Shown: positions 18,965 through 31,711, counted from the stretch's first letter. The stretch is 37,618 bases of DNA from Oculatellaceae cyanobacterium bins.114 (GCA_033764315.1 JANRJA010000237.1:1-37618), one strand, 5' to 3'. Made by a program: numbers and translations. Notes: a model not told the origin generated them from the sequence alone.

Positions 18965-18991
18965 GATCCCATACCGGTTTATCAGGTCATT

Positions 18992-19690
18992 ATGGTTATG
19001 AAAAAAGCAGTCACCTCATTCATGATGTGGGGATTCGTCCCTCTGCTGTCGTTCAGCCTTGCGGCTTGTAGTGGCACAACCTCCCAGTCTACTGAGAGCA
19101 GTCCCAGTAATTCCAGCATGGCGCAGATGGATCACGGCTCAATGGGTAATTCCAGCCCTATGCCAATGGAGCATGGCTCGATGAGTATGGATTTGGGACC
19201 GTCTGATGAAAGCTTTGATTTACGGTTTATTGATGGCATGATTCCTCATCACGAAGGAGCCGTTGCTATGGCACAAGAGGCACTGCAAAAGTCAAACCGT
19301 CCTGAAATCAAAGCTCTCGCTCAAGCCATTATTGATACTCAGGCTCAAGAGATTTCACAAATGCAGGCGTGGCGAGCCACCTGGTATCCCAACGCGGGTG
19401 ATGAGCCGATGATGTATAGTGCCGAAATGGGTCACACAATGCCCATGACCGATGAAATGCGCTCTAGTATGATGATGGCAGGCGACTTGGGGGCAGCGGA
19501 CGACCAGTTTGATTTGCGGTTTATCAATGCCATGATCCCGCATCACGAAGGAGCCGTTGACATGGCGCAGCAGGTCTTAGAAAAGAGCGATCGCCCTGAA
19601 GTCAAAGCACTAGCTCAAAATATCATCACCAGTCAGCAACAAGAGATTGACCAGATGCAACAGTGGCGACAAGACTGGTATGGACAGTAG
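18992..19690 (+). CDS. DUF305 (CopM-like) Met/His-rich metal-binding lipoprotein
   Basis: Lipobox LAAC; two DLRFI..MIPHHEGAV.MA repeats. Confidence 0.9.
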   Translation: MVMKKAVTSFMMWGFVPLLSFSLAACSGTTSQSTESSPSNSSMAQMDHGSMGNSSPMPMEHGSMSMDLGPSDESFDLRFIDGMIPHHEGAVAMAQEALQKSNRPEIKALAQAIIDTQAQEISQMQAWRATWYPNAGDEPMMYSAEMGHTMPMTDEMRSSMMMAGDLGAADDQFDLRFINAMIPHHEGAVDMAQQVLEKSDRPEVKALAQNIITSQQQEIDQMQQWRQDWYGQ

Positions 19691-19844
19691 TGATTAACTC
19701 CAGTAAACGTTACACAATCTATCTCCCCCGTTAGGAGTCATCCGATGTTTTGAGGACGACAATAGGGCGATAGAGCAGGTGGGGGCGTTTCACAAAATGC
19801 CTTTGCCAAACTGGTAACGGATGGGTCTGACCCTCTGTAGTGAT

Positions 19845-19935
19845 ATAGCAATCCTAAATGGGTTGTGAGAGTCGCACCCCTCCGGGGTGCGACTCTCACA
19901 ACCTTCTAATTTCACAAATGATTTAGGACTGCTAT
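19845..19935. mobile_element. MITE-like repeat
   Basis: TIRs atagcaatcctaaat/atttaggactgctat; perfect 20-bp internal stem at 19861-19903. Confidence 0.8.
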
Positions 19936-20080
19936 GTATAGCCATGACATTAGGTTAGGACAGGGATATCAGGGCACACACCCCATACCCCTGTCTCAAC
20001 CCAAGTGCCTTTTATATCAAATTAATTTATTTCAAGATTTTTTTGTATATAACCCTCAAAACGGTATTACAATTTCAACC

Positions 20081-20112
20081 GATATTTATAAAATTTGATA
20101 TTTATAAAATTT
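20081..20112. repeat. Tandem 16-bp duplication gatatttataaaattt
   Basis: Two exact adjacent copies. Confidence 0.9.
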
Positions 20113-20331
20113 ATAGTTAGCCTTCGTAGATCCCTGCAATCAGCAGTCAGATAACCTAGAACTGAGGAGATGTAGGGGTTATGCTCTAAGGGTTGCACCC
20201 CGTTTTACCTCGTTCTCAGTCATCGGGCTATGTCTGATCTGAGTCGTTCTTTCGGATTTATCTTCTCTTTAAGTTTAATTTAAGGTTAAGGAAAGTTAAA
20301 GTTACTATTATTGAGATTTTCCGTTTCAAGT

Positions 20332-20583
20332 ATGATCATCTTCAATCAGAATGACCCTCCACCGAGGACACGAGTTAAAACTTCATCCACTACACCAGAG
20401 ATGATTAAAGTGGGCGATCGCGTCGAGCTTCTAGCTCCAATCTATGTGGCTGGCAAAATTGGGGTTGTGTGTGGCAGAGAACTATTGACTCCTGATGAGT
20501 TGAGCGATCGCTGGTTGATTCAAGTTGATGTAGAGAAGGTGATCGTTTCCCTCTATGTCACTGAGTTTCGAGTGGTTGAGTGA
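20332..20583 (+). CDS. Small hypothetical protein (SH3-like pattern)
   Basis: IKVGDRVEL...GKIGVV...RWLIQV; start uncertain (20332 or 20401). Confidence 0.6.
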   Translation: MIIFNQNDPPPRTRVKTSSTTPEMIKVGDRVELLAPIYVAGKIGVVCGRELLTPDELSDRWLIQVDVEKVIVSLYVTEFRVVE

Positions 20584-20629
20584 TTGATTTTCAAGGTTTG
20601 ACTGACGTTAACTGAGCTACAGCTTGACC

Positions 20630-23086
20630 TCAATCTGCGGTTGCTGAGGGTACTAAATTTTTTGATTCATGCTGAATCGCAGCCATTAACCCGGCTAACT
20701 CAGTTTCAAGTTGCTGCACTTGTTCCTCTGCGATCGCCGTATTACCCCCCTGTGCTGTCCGTTCGATCGCCTGACACAACGCCGTAAATCGCTGGGCACC
20801 AAAGGTCAGCCCTACTCCTTTTAACGTGTGGGCAGCCAGAGATAAATCCTCAGCACTGTGTCGAGCGATCGCCGATTGCAGAGCTTGCATCAATTGGGGA
20901 AGTTGCTCAATGTGAGCATTGAGATAGTCTGCCAAAAAGTCTTCATCGTGATCGGTTAATTCCCACAAGTCTTGTCGCACCCCTGGCGACAACATAAATG
21001 GCACCTCAGCGATAGACGGTGAGGCAGTCGGCAGAGGGGAATAGTGCCGCTCTTGATAGGTGTAGAGCACTCCCAAATGCTCTGCTATCTTGCTAAACAG
21101 CAATCCTTCTTGAACGGGTTTGCGGATAAAGTCATCACATCCCGCTGCCAACGCCATCGACCGTTCCTCTTCAAAGGCGTTGGCTGTCAACGCCAAGATT
21201 TTGGGAGAGTGGGTTAGCCCAGACAATTGGCGAATGCGGCGGGTGGCTTCGTAACCATCCAGGATCGGCATTCGCAAGTCCATCAAGACCAGATGAGGAG
21301 CATGGCGTTGCACTTGGGCGATCGCATCTTCACCGTTGACAGCCTCTAAGACCGTAAAACCAACCGAGGAGAGCAATTTGACTAACAACTGGCGGTTGGT
21401 TGCTTGATCATCCACGGTCAAAATACGGTAGGTCGGTTGTCCCGGTGCCAGACTGAGAACCGACTGCTGTTGGGGTTGGGCGATCGCAGGTTCTATGCGA
21501 TCTGCTAGCGTCACCGGAATCGCAAACCGAAAAATTGAACCAACCCCCACCTCGCTTTGCACCGTAATATCTCCGCCCATCAACTGCACAAATCGTTGAC
21601 TAATCGATAGCCCTAACCCAGTCCCTTCCTGTAGTTCCCGTCCGGTATCAGTTTGAACAAAGGGCGTAAACAACAGATCAATCTCATGAGAGGCGATTCC
21701 CAAACCTGTGTCTTCCACCTCAAATTGCAAGCTCAGGGCATCCCCGACGGATAGAGCCTCTAAGTTGGAGACAGTTGGAACCGCAATTCGCAACGTCACA
21801 CGACCTGCCGTCGTGAACTTGATGGCATTATCAATCAAGTTAATTAACGCCTGTCTCAGTTTCATCTGATCGGCTCGGATAAAGCGAGGCACCTCTGGAC
21901 TACGGGCGATCGCAAAGCCAAGTCCCTTCATTTGCACTCTGGGTTCCATCATGGCAGCCAACGACTCTGTCAAGGCATCAAGATCTAAAGAAGTTTCACA
22001 GAGCGTTAATCGCCCTGCTTCAATTTTGGTCAACTCCAACACATCGTTGATCAACGTCAGGAGATGGTCGCTGCTGCGGTTAATAATGTCGAGCTGATCG
22101 CGTTGCTCAGCATTCAGCAGCGGTTCTCGCCGCATCAATTGGGTATAGCCCAAAATGGTGTTTAAGGGACTGCGAAATTCATGGCTGATATTGGCCAAAA
22201 ACTGACTTTTAGCCTGGTTTGCTAGTTCTGCTGCGACCTTAGCCTCTCGCATCGCAACCGCCGCTTGTTTACAGGTGGTGATGTCTAACGTCATGGCTAG
22301 AATGCAGGGCAAATCTCGTAAGTAAATTACTTCAGCCGACACCAACAGATAGCGAATCTCCCCTGCTTCGGTGAGAAACGCATATTCCTGGTTGTGGATC
22401 ACCTGTTGTTCTCGCAAGGACTTCAAAAAGCGATCGCAATCCTCTGAATCGACACACAGGGCTAGCTCTTCAAAGGTTTTTCCCAGTACTGCACTGGGGG
22501 CATATCCCAAAATTTTGCAAAAGTTTTGGTTAATCTCGATAAATCGCCCCTCAGCCAAAGTGAGGATCATCATCGGGCCAGGGTTCGATCGAAAGGCTTT
22601 GGCAAACTTCTCTTCAGAAAATCGTAGAGCTGATTCAGCAATTTGACGCGATCGCGCCTCTTCCTGCAAAAGAGAATTTTGCTCTTCCAGTTTCTTGGTC
22701 AAATACCGCATTTTGAGGTGCGTATTCACCCGTGCCAACACCTCCTCTTGCTGAAATGGCTTGGTAATGTAATCCACTGCCCCTAATGTCAGCCCCTTAA
22801 TCTTGTCGATCGGGTCAGCTAACGCCGTCATAAAAATCACTGGAATATCACGAGTAGACTCTTGAGCTTTGAGCCGACTACACGTTTCAAATCCATCAAT
22901 TCCAGGCATGAGCACATCCAGCAAAATCATGTCTGGCGAAATGCGTTGGAGCTTTTGCAATGCATTTTCTCCGTCTCGCGCAATTAACACCTCAAAACCG
23001 TACTCAATCAATAGATCCGACAACACTTTAATATTGGTCGGATAGTCATCCACAATTAAGATTTGGGATTTTTTGGAGCTGTTCAT
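20630..23086 (-). CDS. Hybrid sensor kinase: REC-PAS-HisKA-HATPase-REC-Hpt
   Basis: ILIVDD/LLDVLMP, FLANISHEFRSPL, NAIKFT, GTGLGL, LMDLRMP and AHTLKG motifs. Confidence 0.93.
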   Translation of the reverse strand: MNSSKKSQILIVDDYPTNIKVLSDLLIEYGFEVLIARDGENALQKLQRISPDMILLDVLMPGIDGFETCSRLKAQESTRDIPVIFMTALADPIDKIKGLTLGAVDYITKPFQQEEVLARVNTHLKMRYLTKKLEEQNSLLQEEARSRQIAESALRFSEEKFAKAFRSNPGPMMILTLAEGRFIEINQNFCKILGYAPSAVLGKTFEELALCVDSEDCDRFLKSLREQQVIHNQEYAFLTEAGEIRYLLVSAEVIYLRDLPCILAMTLDITTCKQAAVAMREAKVAAELANQAKSQFLANISHEFRSPLNTILGYTQLMRREPLLNAEQRDQLDIINRSSDHLLTLINDVLELTKIEAGRLTLCETSLDLDALTESLAAMMEPRVQMKGLGFAIARSPEVPRFIRADQMKLRQALINLIDNAIKFTTAGRVTLRIAVPTVSNLEALSVGDALSLQFEVEDTGLGIASHEIDLLFTPFVQTDTGRELQEGTGLGLSISQRFVQLMGGDITVQSEVGVGSIFRFAIPVTLADRIEPAIAQPQQQSVLSLAPGQPTYRILTVDDQATNRQLLVKLLSSVGFTVLEAVNGEDAIAQVQRHAPHLVLMDLRMPILDGYEATRRIRQLSGLTHSPKILALTANAFEEERSMALAAGCDDFIRKPVQEGLLFSKIAEHLGVLYTYQERHYSPLPTASPSIAEVPFMLSPGVRQDLWELTDHDEDFLADYLNAHIEQLPQLMQALQSAIARHSAEDLSLAAHTLKGVGLTFGAQRFTALCQAIERTAQGGNTAIAEEQVQQLETELAGLMAAIQHESKNLVPSATAD

Positions 23087-23092
23087 AAGAGG

Positions 23093-25519
23093 TCAGGGCG
23101 TTGACGAAGGAGTAGGGAAATAGGGGTCAAGTAGTTGCAGGATAGCCACGTCATCAAATTGATCTGCCATCCCTTTAACCTGATAGGCAAAGGCACCATA
23201 ACGGGAATCTAAAGATTGCAAGCGAGTCACTTCCTGAAGAATCCGTTCAATGTGACCGATCTGAGCAGCTTCGTAGAGACCCATCAATTCTTCTTTAGGA
23301 GGAATAATCATCTCGCCTGAGGAATTAACCTCTGACAAAGGTGACTGTGGAGTAGTCAAGGCTTCTCGCACCCACGTCAAATTGAGATAAATACCCAATT
23401 TTTGCAGCAACTCCTCTGCCTGAATCGGTTTTGGCAGAAAGTCATCGTATCCTGCCTGCTGGCTTTGATACCGATCAAACTCAAACACACTGGCGGATGA
23501 GGCAATGATTGGGGTTGCTTGAAACGCCTTTTGTTGTCGCAACTGGCGGGTCATCTCAAACCCATCCATCACGGGCATGACTAAATCTGCAATGATCAGG
23601 TCTGGCTGAGCCAGGATCGCTTGTTTGAGACCCGCTAACCCATCTTCTGCCTCAATCACATCAAAGCCAAGAGCGTCTAACCACCCCAGCAGCACTGCCC
23701 GATTGTCTGAGCGATCGTCCACGACTAAAATCTTGCGGCGGCGACCTTCATACCCGACTACATCCTGGTTTGATTCTTCTAAAAAGGCAGCACTTCCCCC
23801 CAGGCGTCCTAACAAAGTCACCTCTAACCAAAAGCGGCTACCCTGCCGGGGTTGACTCTCAACCTGAAGACACCCCCCCATCAGCTCCACCAACTTTTCA
23901 GTGATCGTTAACCCCAAACCTGTTCCTTCGGCGCGACGGGTATAACCACTGACCTGCTCAAAGGGTTGAAAAATGCGATCGATCTGATCCAGTTCAATGC
24001 CAATTCCGGTATCAATCACCTCAAATCGGAGGTGGTACGTAGAAAAGGGTGAATCAGCTTCAGGGGCTTCTAGGCTCTGACTCCCGATGGGACTCAGTTT
24101 TTCTGCTGAAGTCATCGCCTCAACACGAAATATGACCTCTCCTTGGTCGGTAAACTTCACCGCATTGCTGAGTAGATTTAGCAGAATCTGTCGCAATCGC
24201 TTTTCGTCAATCTGAATGACATCTGGCAAGATACCGATGGTTTCATAGAGAAATTTCAAGCCTTTTTGCTCGGCGCGGATCAGGCAAATGCTGGCGACTT
24301 CCTCTAAAAAGCTTTCCAAGTGAACTTCCTGGGCGTTTAGTTCGATTTTTTGGGCTTCAATTTTAGAGAGGTCAAGGATGTCATTAATCAAAGTCAACAG
24401 ATGAGAGCCACACTGGTGAATCGTGCGAATGCTGCCGTGTTGTTTGGGGGTGAGGGTGCGATCGCGCATTAAAAGCTGGGTATATCCCAAAATGCCGTTG
24501 AGCGGAGTCCGCAGTTCGTGGCTCATATTTGCCAAGAAAGAACTCTTAGCCTGGTTTGCCACCTCAGCCGCTTGCTTTGCGTGTCGCAATTGTTCCAGGG
24601 TGGTCTCTAACTCTCGATGCTTTTGCAGCAGTGCTTGCTCTGCCTGCTTCCGCTCTCGGATGTCACGAACCATAAACAGAGCTTCTGTCTCGCTGCTGAC
24701 AACCACCCGCACTTCTTCGTAATAGGTGATGCCCTCCCACTCAAACTGCTGCTCATAAAGTTGACTCTGCCCAGTATCAAGTGCCTGTTGCAGGTAATAG
24801 AGATGTCGCTGAGCAATATCAGCAGATAAAGCCTCGGCAATATGCTTCCCAATCGGCTGAAAATTGGTGGGCAACAGATCTGAGAAGACGTTGGTTTTGA
24901 AATAGTTGGTGTAGATTCCGTCTCGATTGACTTGAAACATCAAGTCTGGAATAGCAGCTAGAATGGCTCGATTTTGGCTTTCACTCTGATCGAGGGCAAC
25001 CGCCGTACGCAGACGCTCGACCTCAAGGCGTTGGCGTTCATTTTCGATGCGCTGGCGTTCAAGCTCTAGCCGAGTGCGATCGGTGATGTCTCTCACAAAC
25101 CCCTCATAGTAAAGCACCTGTCCTGATTGATCGCGTACAGCTCGACAGGTTTCAGTAATCCAGATGATGCTCCCATCTTGGCGATAGATTTGGGATTCAA
25201 AATCTTTAATAACGTCTTGTTTAGCCATCAGCGACACAAAGTCACTACGACGGCTTGCCTCTACATATAACTGTCCAGCGTGATTGGGTTGCGCTATCAT
25301 CAGCGCGGCAGGGGACTCATACCCATAGATCCGAGCTAACGCCGGGTTAACCCGCAAGTAGCGACCTTCTAAATCGGTTTGAAAAATGCCATCAGGCGCG
25401 TTCTCAAACAAACTCCGATACTGATCCGCATGATTAGCGATCGCAGGAACGGCGGCAGGCTCAGGAACAAAGGCTTGATCCCCAGGGCAGTTGGGTGAAT
25501 GAGAACCTGGAGCAGACAT
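23093..25519 (-). CDS. Hybrid sensor kinase: PAS-PAS-HisKA-HATPase-REC
   Basis: [40 protein letters not shown] and DLVMPVMDG motifs. Confidence 0.93.
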   Translation of the reverse strand: MSAPGSHSPNCPGDQAFVPEPAAVPAIANHADQYRSLFENAPDGIFQTDLEGRYLRVNPALARIYGYESPAALMIAQPNHAGQLYVEASRRSDFVSLMAKQDVIKDFESQIYRQDGSIIWITETCRAVRDQSGQVLYYEGFVRDITDRTRLELERQRIENERQRLEVERLRTAVALDQSESQNRAILAAIPDLMFQVNRDGIYTNYFKTNVFSDLLPTNFQPIGKHIAEALSADIAQRHLYYLQQALDTGQSQLYEQQFEWEGITYYEEVRVVVSSETEALFMVRDIRERKQAEQALLQKHRELETTLEQLRHAKQAAEVANQAKSSFLANMSHELRTPLNGILGYTQLLMRDRTLTPKQHGSIRTIHQCGSHLLTLINDILDLSKIEAQKIELNAQEVHLESFLEEVASICLIRAEQKGLKFLYETIGILPDVIQIDEKRLRQILLNLLSNAVKFTDQGEVIFRVEAMTSAEKLSPIGSQSLEAPEADSPFSTYHLRFEVIDTGIGIELDQIDRIFQPFEQVSGYTRRAEGTGLGLTITEKLVELMGGCLQVESQPRQGSRFWLEVTLLGRLGGSAAFLEESNQDVVGYEGRRRKILVVDDRSDNRAVLLGWLDALGFDVIEAEDGLAGLKQAILAQPDLIIADLVMPVMDGFEMTRQLRQQKAFQATPIIASSASVFEFDRYQSQQAGYDDFLPKPIQAEELLQKLGIYLNLTWVREALTTPQSPLSEVNSSGEMIIPPKEELMGLYEAAQIGHIERILQEVTRLQSLDSRYGAFAYQVKGMADQFDDVAILQLLDPYFPTPSSTP

Positions 25520-25783
25520 AGGGCAGCGTTAGAGACGACTGAGTACAGCAAGTAACAGCGATTTTAAATTGATAAACCACAGTCAGGTGTAGATGGGTCG
25601 ATGTAGCTGAAGCCAATGCAAACGGCTGTAAGGCAAACTTTGAGAGTTAATTTATCGTTTTGAGGACAGTCATATAGCCAATCTACTTCTCTAATACAGA
25701 ATATTGACCATTGAAACCTGAATCTTTTTAGAGGTTAAATATTTATCGTGTCTTTTTTAGAATTATTTAAACTTGTCTTTACC

Positions 25784-25874
25784 TACAGCAGTCCTAAATC
25801 GTTTGTGAGATTGGGGAGTTGTAAAAAGCACGCCTCATTAGGGTGCTTTTTACAACCCCTGTGGGACTGCTATA
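25784..25874. mobile_element. MITE-like repeat of the same end family as 19845-19935
   Basis: Ends tacagcagtcctaaatcgtttgtga / ggactgctata; internal stem gttgtaaaaagcac/gtgctttttacaac. Confidence 0.7.
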
Positions 25875-26053
25875 TTAGCTTAAGTTTAGAGTGCTGAAGT
25901 TTTTTGAGTTGAGTCTAACGTTGGTATGGTTATAGCCAACCATGATAGCCAACCATTTCAGTGTCCTCATACCCTTTCTAGAAAGGTAGATTACCTATCG
26001 ATATCTCTGTAAGGACGTTTTGCGAAAAGCTCCTACCCACCGATCTATCACCG

Positions 26054-27286
26054 TTATAGGTTGAATCGGGATGACAAAGACTGTTGGGTTTTGGCGTGAT
26101 GATAGATCTGATGATATATGTCGCGTTGAGCGTGGCTGCCACCGAGTTGATGTAACTTGGGGTTGGCGATCGCCAATTGTTTTACACAGGTTGACCAATC
26201 TTGTCGGGCATGAGCCATCATCGCCTGAGCTACTGGAACGGTTACCTCTGCCCAAATTGCCCGAATCGAGGGATGAGCCTGTTGGCTATAGGCAACAATG
26301 CTATCAAGCATTTCACGCACCCATTGATCATAGCCAGCCCGTGTTAGTGCGTAAATGTATTGCGTATCGAGCAATGGAGAAATGTGATCATGGCGATCGC
26401 GCACCGCATCCCCCAACTCTTGCCAGCGATCGCCCACATCGATGCCCCGCAACTCTAATCGCACCAGCAATGAAATCGCATTGATCAGACATTGAGAATA
26501 GTCTTTAACGGCTCGTCCCCAAATTTGGCTGTCATACAGGTGCAACACTTGCTCTACATTGCTCTGCGCCAGATAATACAGGGCCACATGCCACCAGTTG
26601 TGCGTCCTAAAGGTGCCGCAATTCTCCCAGGTATCCGCCAGTGACTCCATCCAGGCGATGCCTTCGTCCAAACGGTGTTGCGTTTCCATCACATGAGCAA
26701 CCGCATGATGTGCCCAAGGGTCTTGGCGATTCATCTCAACAGCTTGTCGTCCAGCGGTTTCTGCTTCGGTCAAACGGTGGCATTGCTCCAGTCCAAATGC
26801 CACCATGCCATAGACAAAGTGGTTCTCTAAATTAGCAGGCAAGATGGTCTCAGCCAACTTGAGCAATCCCTGAGCATTGCCTAGATTAAAGTGGTGATAT
26901 TGCCCGATTTGAGCCGCTAAGACATCCTGCGGATAGCACTCTGCTAAAACAGTGTGACAGGCAAGGGCACGATCGAAATCATAGTCAGACCAAGCGGCGA
27001 TCGCCTCTACATAGAGCTGTTCTCGCTCGGTCGCCAAATCGAGATGCTGTTGAGCCGCGTACAAATAGGGTTTTGCTGCCGTTGAGGCACTGGCAGTTTC
27101 AGCAAACAAATGTAAGGCCGCCACATGTGCGTTGACTAACACACTGGTTGGGTCTGCCGCTAACCCCTGCAAAATGACCTGGGGGTTGTTCTCATAGCCC
27201 AACATCTGTTGAGCAAACTGATCAATTGCGGCGATCGCATCGGGTGAATCGGTAGTCACGGGTAGTCCCTGATGATCGAGCAGCAT
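26054..27286 (-). CDS. Tetratricopeptide repeat protein (TTC38-like)
   Basis: DPWAHHAVAHVME, HNWWHVALY and LGGSHAQRD motifs; start set at ATG 27286. Confidence 0.85.
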   Translation of the reverse strand: MLLDHQGLPVTTDSPDAIAAIDQFAQQMLGYENNPQVILQGLAADPTSVLVNAHVAALHLFAETASASTAAKPYLYAAQQHLDLATEREQLYVEAIAAWSDYDFDRALACHTVLAECYPQDVLAAQIGQYHHFNLGNAQGLLKLAETILPANLENHFVYGMVAFGLEQCHRLTEAETAGRQAVEMNRQDPWAHHAVAHVMETQHRLDEGIAWMESLADTWENCGTFRTHNWWHVALYYLAQSNVEQVLHLYDSQIWGRAVKDYSQCLINAISLLVRLELRGIDVGDRWQELGDAVRDRHDHISPLLDTQYIYALTRAGYDQWVREMLDSIVAYSQQAHPSIRAIWAEVTVPVAQAMMAHARQDWSTCVKQLAIANPKLHQLGGSHAQRDIYHQIYHHAKTQQSLSSRFNL

Positions 27287-27382
27287 GAGTTCTTTTAAGG
27301 CAAGGTTAAACCCTACTTTAAATCTAATTTTCAAGGTCAATTCTGCTTCTAGCTTCTAAAATTGAATCTACTTCAGACCAGG

Positions 27383-28459
27383 ATGATCACCATGAGAAAG
27401 CTGGGAATTTGGCTGGCGTTATGTGTTGTAACAGCAATTGGCATCGTGGTCGGTTGGAATTGGCATATGATCTCGATTCACCCACAGGCGTTAGAGGCAA
27501 GTTATAGTCCTGATACTCAGTTTGAGCCTCAAACAAAATCAGAGGTGCCCGTAGTTGCGCCAACGATCGATGGCGATCGCGTCTGGGCTGATTTAGAACG
27601 ATTGAACTTTCGGCGATTTAGTGAGAGCGAACGAAACCAGGCTCGCAGCTATATCGCCCAAGCACTACGCGAGGCAGGATGGACGCCTCAAGTTCAATCC
27701 TTTGATCGGGGGGTCAACGTTTATGCTGAGCGTCCCGGCACCGACCCCACAGCGGGCAGCATCTTGTTAGCCGCTCACTACGACTCGGTAGAGCGATCGC
27801 CCGGTGTAGATGACAACGCCACTGGGATTGCCACCGTGTTAGAAGCCGCACGATTATTGGGCGATCGCCCCACACCACGCACCCTCAAACTAGCTCTGTT
27901 TGACCTAGAGGAGTCGGGGTTATTGGGCAGTTTTGCGTTTGCTAAAGAAGCGGCTCAAATTGACAACTTACAGGGAGCGATCGTGCTCGACATGATTGGC
28001 TTTGCCTGTCACACCGACGGATGCCAAACCTATCCTGCCGTATTGCCAATCACCCCCCCAACCACTCAAGGCGATTTTTTAGCCGTGATTGGCGATCAAG
28101 GACACATGCCGCTGATTGACGCGTTTGCACAAGCCAGTGGAGGTGAATTGCCTCAAGTTTTAACCTTGCCTGTTCCTCTTTTAGGGCCATTTACGCCAGA
28201 TTTGTTGCGCAGTGATCACGCTCCGTTTTGGCAAGCAGGCATTGGAGCCGTATTGCTGACAGATACCGCCAATTTTCGGAATCCTCACTATCACACCGAG
28301 AGTGACACCTTAGACATCATCGATCGCCCCTTTTTCACCGGGTCAGTTCAAATTGTGATCAACGCTGTTACTCAACTACTCCACGATCGCAATAGCACTG
28401 CAACTCAGACCGTGCCTCAACAAGACAGAACGACTCCAACCAGAACAACTCCGTTGTAG
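27383..28459 (+). CDS. M28-family peptidase
   Basis: AAHYDS, GVDDNATG, FDLEESGLLGS, LDMIG, RSDHAPFW and HYHTESD motifs; start uncertain. Confidence 0.9.
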   Translation: MITMRKLGIWLALCVVTAIGIVVGWNWHMISIHPQALEASYSPDTQFEPQTKSEVPVVAPTIDGDRVWADLERLNFRRFSESERNQARSYIAQALREAGWTPQVQSFDRGVNVYAERPGTDPTAGSILLAAHYDSVERSPGVDDNATGIATVLEAARLLGDRPTPRTLKLALFDLEESGLLGSFAFAKEAAQIDNLQGAIVLDMIGFACHTDGCQTYPAVLPITPPTTQGDFLAVIGDQGHMPLIDAFAQASGGELPQVLTLPVPLLGPFTPDLLRSDHAPFWQAGIGAVLLTDTANFRNPHYHTESDTLDIIDRPFFTGSVQIVINAVTQLLHDRNSTATQTVPQQDRTTPTRTTPL

Positions 28460-28510
28460 AGGATCTCGTTGTAGGGGATCTCGTTGTAGGGGGTTTCAAA
28501 CGCCCCACTC
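28452..28510. repeat. 15-bp tandem repeat ending in a REP-like hairpin
   Basis: cgttgtagRggatct, about 2.7 copies, then ggggtttcaaacgcccc. Confidence 0.6.
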
Positions 28511-28519
28511 GACCCGTCA

Positions 28520-29185
28520 CTATTTCCCGCGCGATCGCCGCCTTTGTTTTCCAAGCCGTCGGCTGACATCTAAAAACAGATCTCGCCGTAAAAAGGGATA
28601 GTCGCTAACCCACAAATCATAATCTGAGAGATAAATATCAGACAGTTTAGAAAATCGGCTCAGGTCTTCTCGATTTGACATCACCAACATTTCAGCCATG
28701 TCTCCAGGGCGAATGACACGATGAGTGCGTTGCAGGGGGACTTGTAATGCAGTGCTAAACCCTGTTTCATCCCCAATTTCCAGGTTCAATCGGCGTTCTC
28801 GGTTTTCAACAATCACCAAGTCACCTTGTTTGTTGACGGTTTCTTCTTTGCCAATCAACTCCTCAGTGATGTAAACATCCAACACTTTACCGCGCCAAAA
28901 TCCGCTGTATTTGTACTGGCGACATTCCTGGTTGCGACGACTAGCCAAATAAATGGGCCCCCACAACCAATACAAGCCAACAATCACACCTGCCAAAAAA
29001 TCAATCAACCCCAACCACTCAGGCAGCACTGATTTCACGACAAAGACAAGAACCACACCAATCACAGAGATCAGGAGTCGTCTCAGAAAGTCATCGGGTT
29101 TGCCCCAGTAATATTTGTACTGATCGCTTGTGGCAACTAGCGGAATCAGTTGTTCAAACGTTTCGCGGGTAATGGGGATCAGCAT
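28520..29185 (-). CDS. Conserved cyanobacterial membrane protein of unknown function
   Basis: MLIPITRETFEQLIP..AT..QY.YYWG, two TM segments, WVSDYP. Confidence 0.85.
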   Translation of the reverse strand: MLIPITRETFEQLIPLVATSDQYKYYWGKPDDFLRRLLISVIGVVLVFVVKSVLPEWLGLIDFLAGVIVGLYWLWGPIYLASRRNQECRQYKYSGFWRGKVLDVYITEELIGKEETVNKQGDLVIVENRERRLNLEIGDETGFSTALQVPLQRTHRVIRPGDMAEMLVMSNREDLSRFSKLSDIYLSDYDLWVSDYPFLRRDLFLDVSRRLGKQRRRSRGK

Positions 29186-29277
29186 AGGGCTAGGTCAAAA
29201 AGCACCGATCACAAGGAGCACTTAAAACTAAGAGTCTGTTTTGAGCCTAACATTTGCGCTGCCTAACCACTACCTTA

Positions 29278-29533
29278 ACGTCAGTTCGGCTTAATAGCCT
29301 AGCGAATAAATTCGCAGCTATCAGAGCAAAGTTCGCCTTCGCGAACTACGGAGAATCAAGGGTTGAGTGAACCGACTCCTATAAAATCCGGCTAGTTGCT
29401 TACTAGTTACTTTCCTACAGGCAAAGGTTTTAGCCTAGCCTTGCAACAGGGAAGCAGCCAGATTTCATATCAGATCGGTTTTGCTCCTATAGTTGCGGTT
29501 TCAACCGCCAAAATCCTTGTTCCGAATTCACGT
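29278..29533. mobile_element. 256-bp MITE with IS982-like ends
   Basis: TIRs acgtcagttcgg/ccgaattcacgt; flanking direct repeat TACCTTA at 29271-29277 and 29534-29540; internal REP-like hairpins. The IS982 assignment is from recall. Confidence 0.75.
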
Positions 29534-29735
29534 TACCTTAGTCCTATTACCAGTCAGACCGTGACTCCAAAATCATTACGTTCAGAGCCTCTCCCTAGTC
29601 TCAACAGAACTGCCGATACAGTAAGCAAATATAGGGGCAAACCACAATTTACCCCTAACCGATGTCGTCACGCACCACTTCAACGAGATACTCACCCTTA
29701 AAAGGCTTGACGCCTACATCAGGTAGATGCGTGTA

Positions 29736-31049
<1,314 letters not shown>

Positions 31050-31252
31050 CTAGCTAGACAATCAACCCACTCGCTTAGAATACGCTGGATTTGCATTTAG
31101 GAGAATGGGGAGAGGATGCCATTCTTCGGAATCTCATTATTTCATCATCTAGCCGCTCCAATTAGCAACTCCACTGACAGCCATTGCGACGACACCTAAC
31201 CGGAATTCTGGTGATGCTGCACAATAAAAAGAAAGCGTTGAGGAAAGCCATT

Positions 31253-31690
31253 ATGCGAATGCTACACACCATGTTGCGAGTCGGCAACTTAGAAAAATCG
31301 TTGAAATTTTACTGCGATCTGCTGGGCATGAAACTGTTGCGCCAAAAAGACTATCCCGGTGGAGAATTTACTCTGGCATTCGTAGGATATGGTGACGAGT
31401 CTGACCACACGGTGTTGGAGTTGACCTACAACTGGGGCACCGAGCAGTATGACTTGGGCAACGCCTATGGTCACATTGCACTGGGTGTAGATGACATTTA
31501 TGCTACCTGCGAAACCATTAAAAATCTGGGTGGCAAGGTTGTACGTGAACCCGGCCCGATGAAGCACGGCTCGACTGTCATTGCTTTTGTAGAAGACCCA
31601 GATGGCTACAAAGTCGAATTGATTCAACTGGGTACTTCGGGATCAGAGTCTGCTAAACAGGAAGCGACTCCTCAATTGGCAGCGCAGTAG
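31253..31690 (+). CDS. gloA: Lactoylglutathione lyase
   Basis: [19 protein letters not shown] and [11 protein letters not shown] motifs; start moved to 31253. Confidence 0.97.
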   Translation: MRMLHTMLRVGNLEKSLKFYCDLLGMKLLRQKDYPGGEFTLAFVGYGDESDHTVLELTYNWGTEQYDLGNAYGHIALGVDDIYATCETIKNLGGKVVREPGPMKHGSTVIAFVEDPDGYKVELIQLGTSGSESAKQEATPQLAAQ

Positions 31691-31711
31691 TTGCAGCAAA
31701 GTTTTAGGGAA

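Noticed and set aside
29396..29701. 101-aa ORF, or a structured RNA such as tmRNA
   Set aside because: It overlaps a MITE, and no protein or tRNA-like motifs are recognisable.
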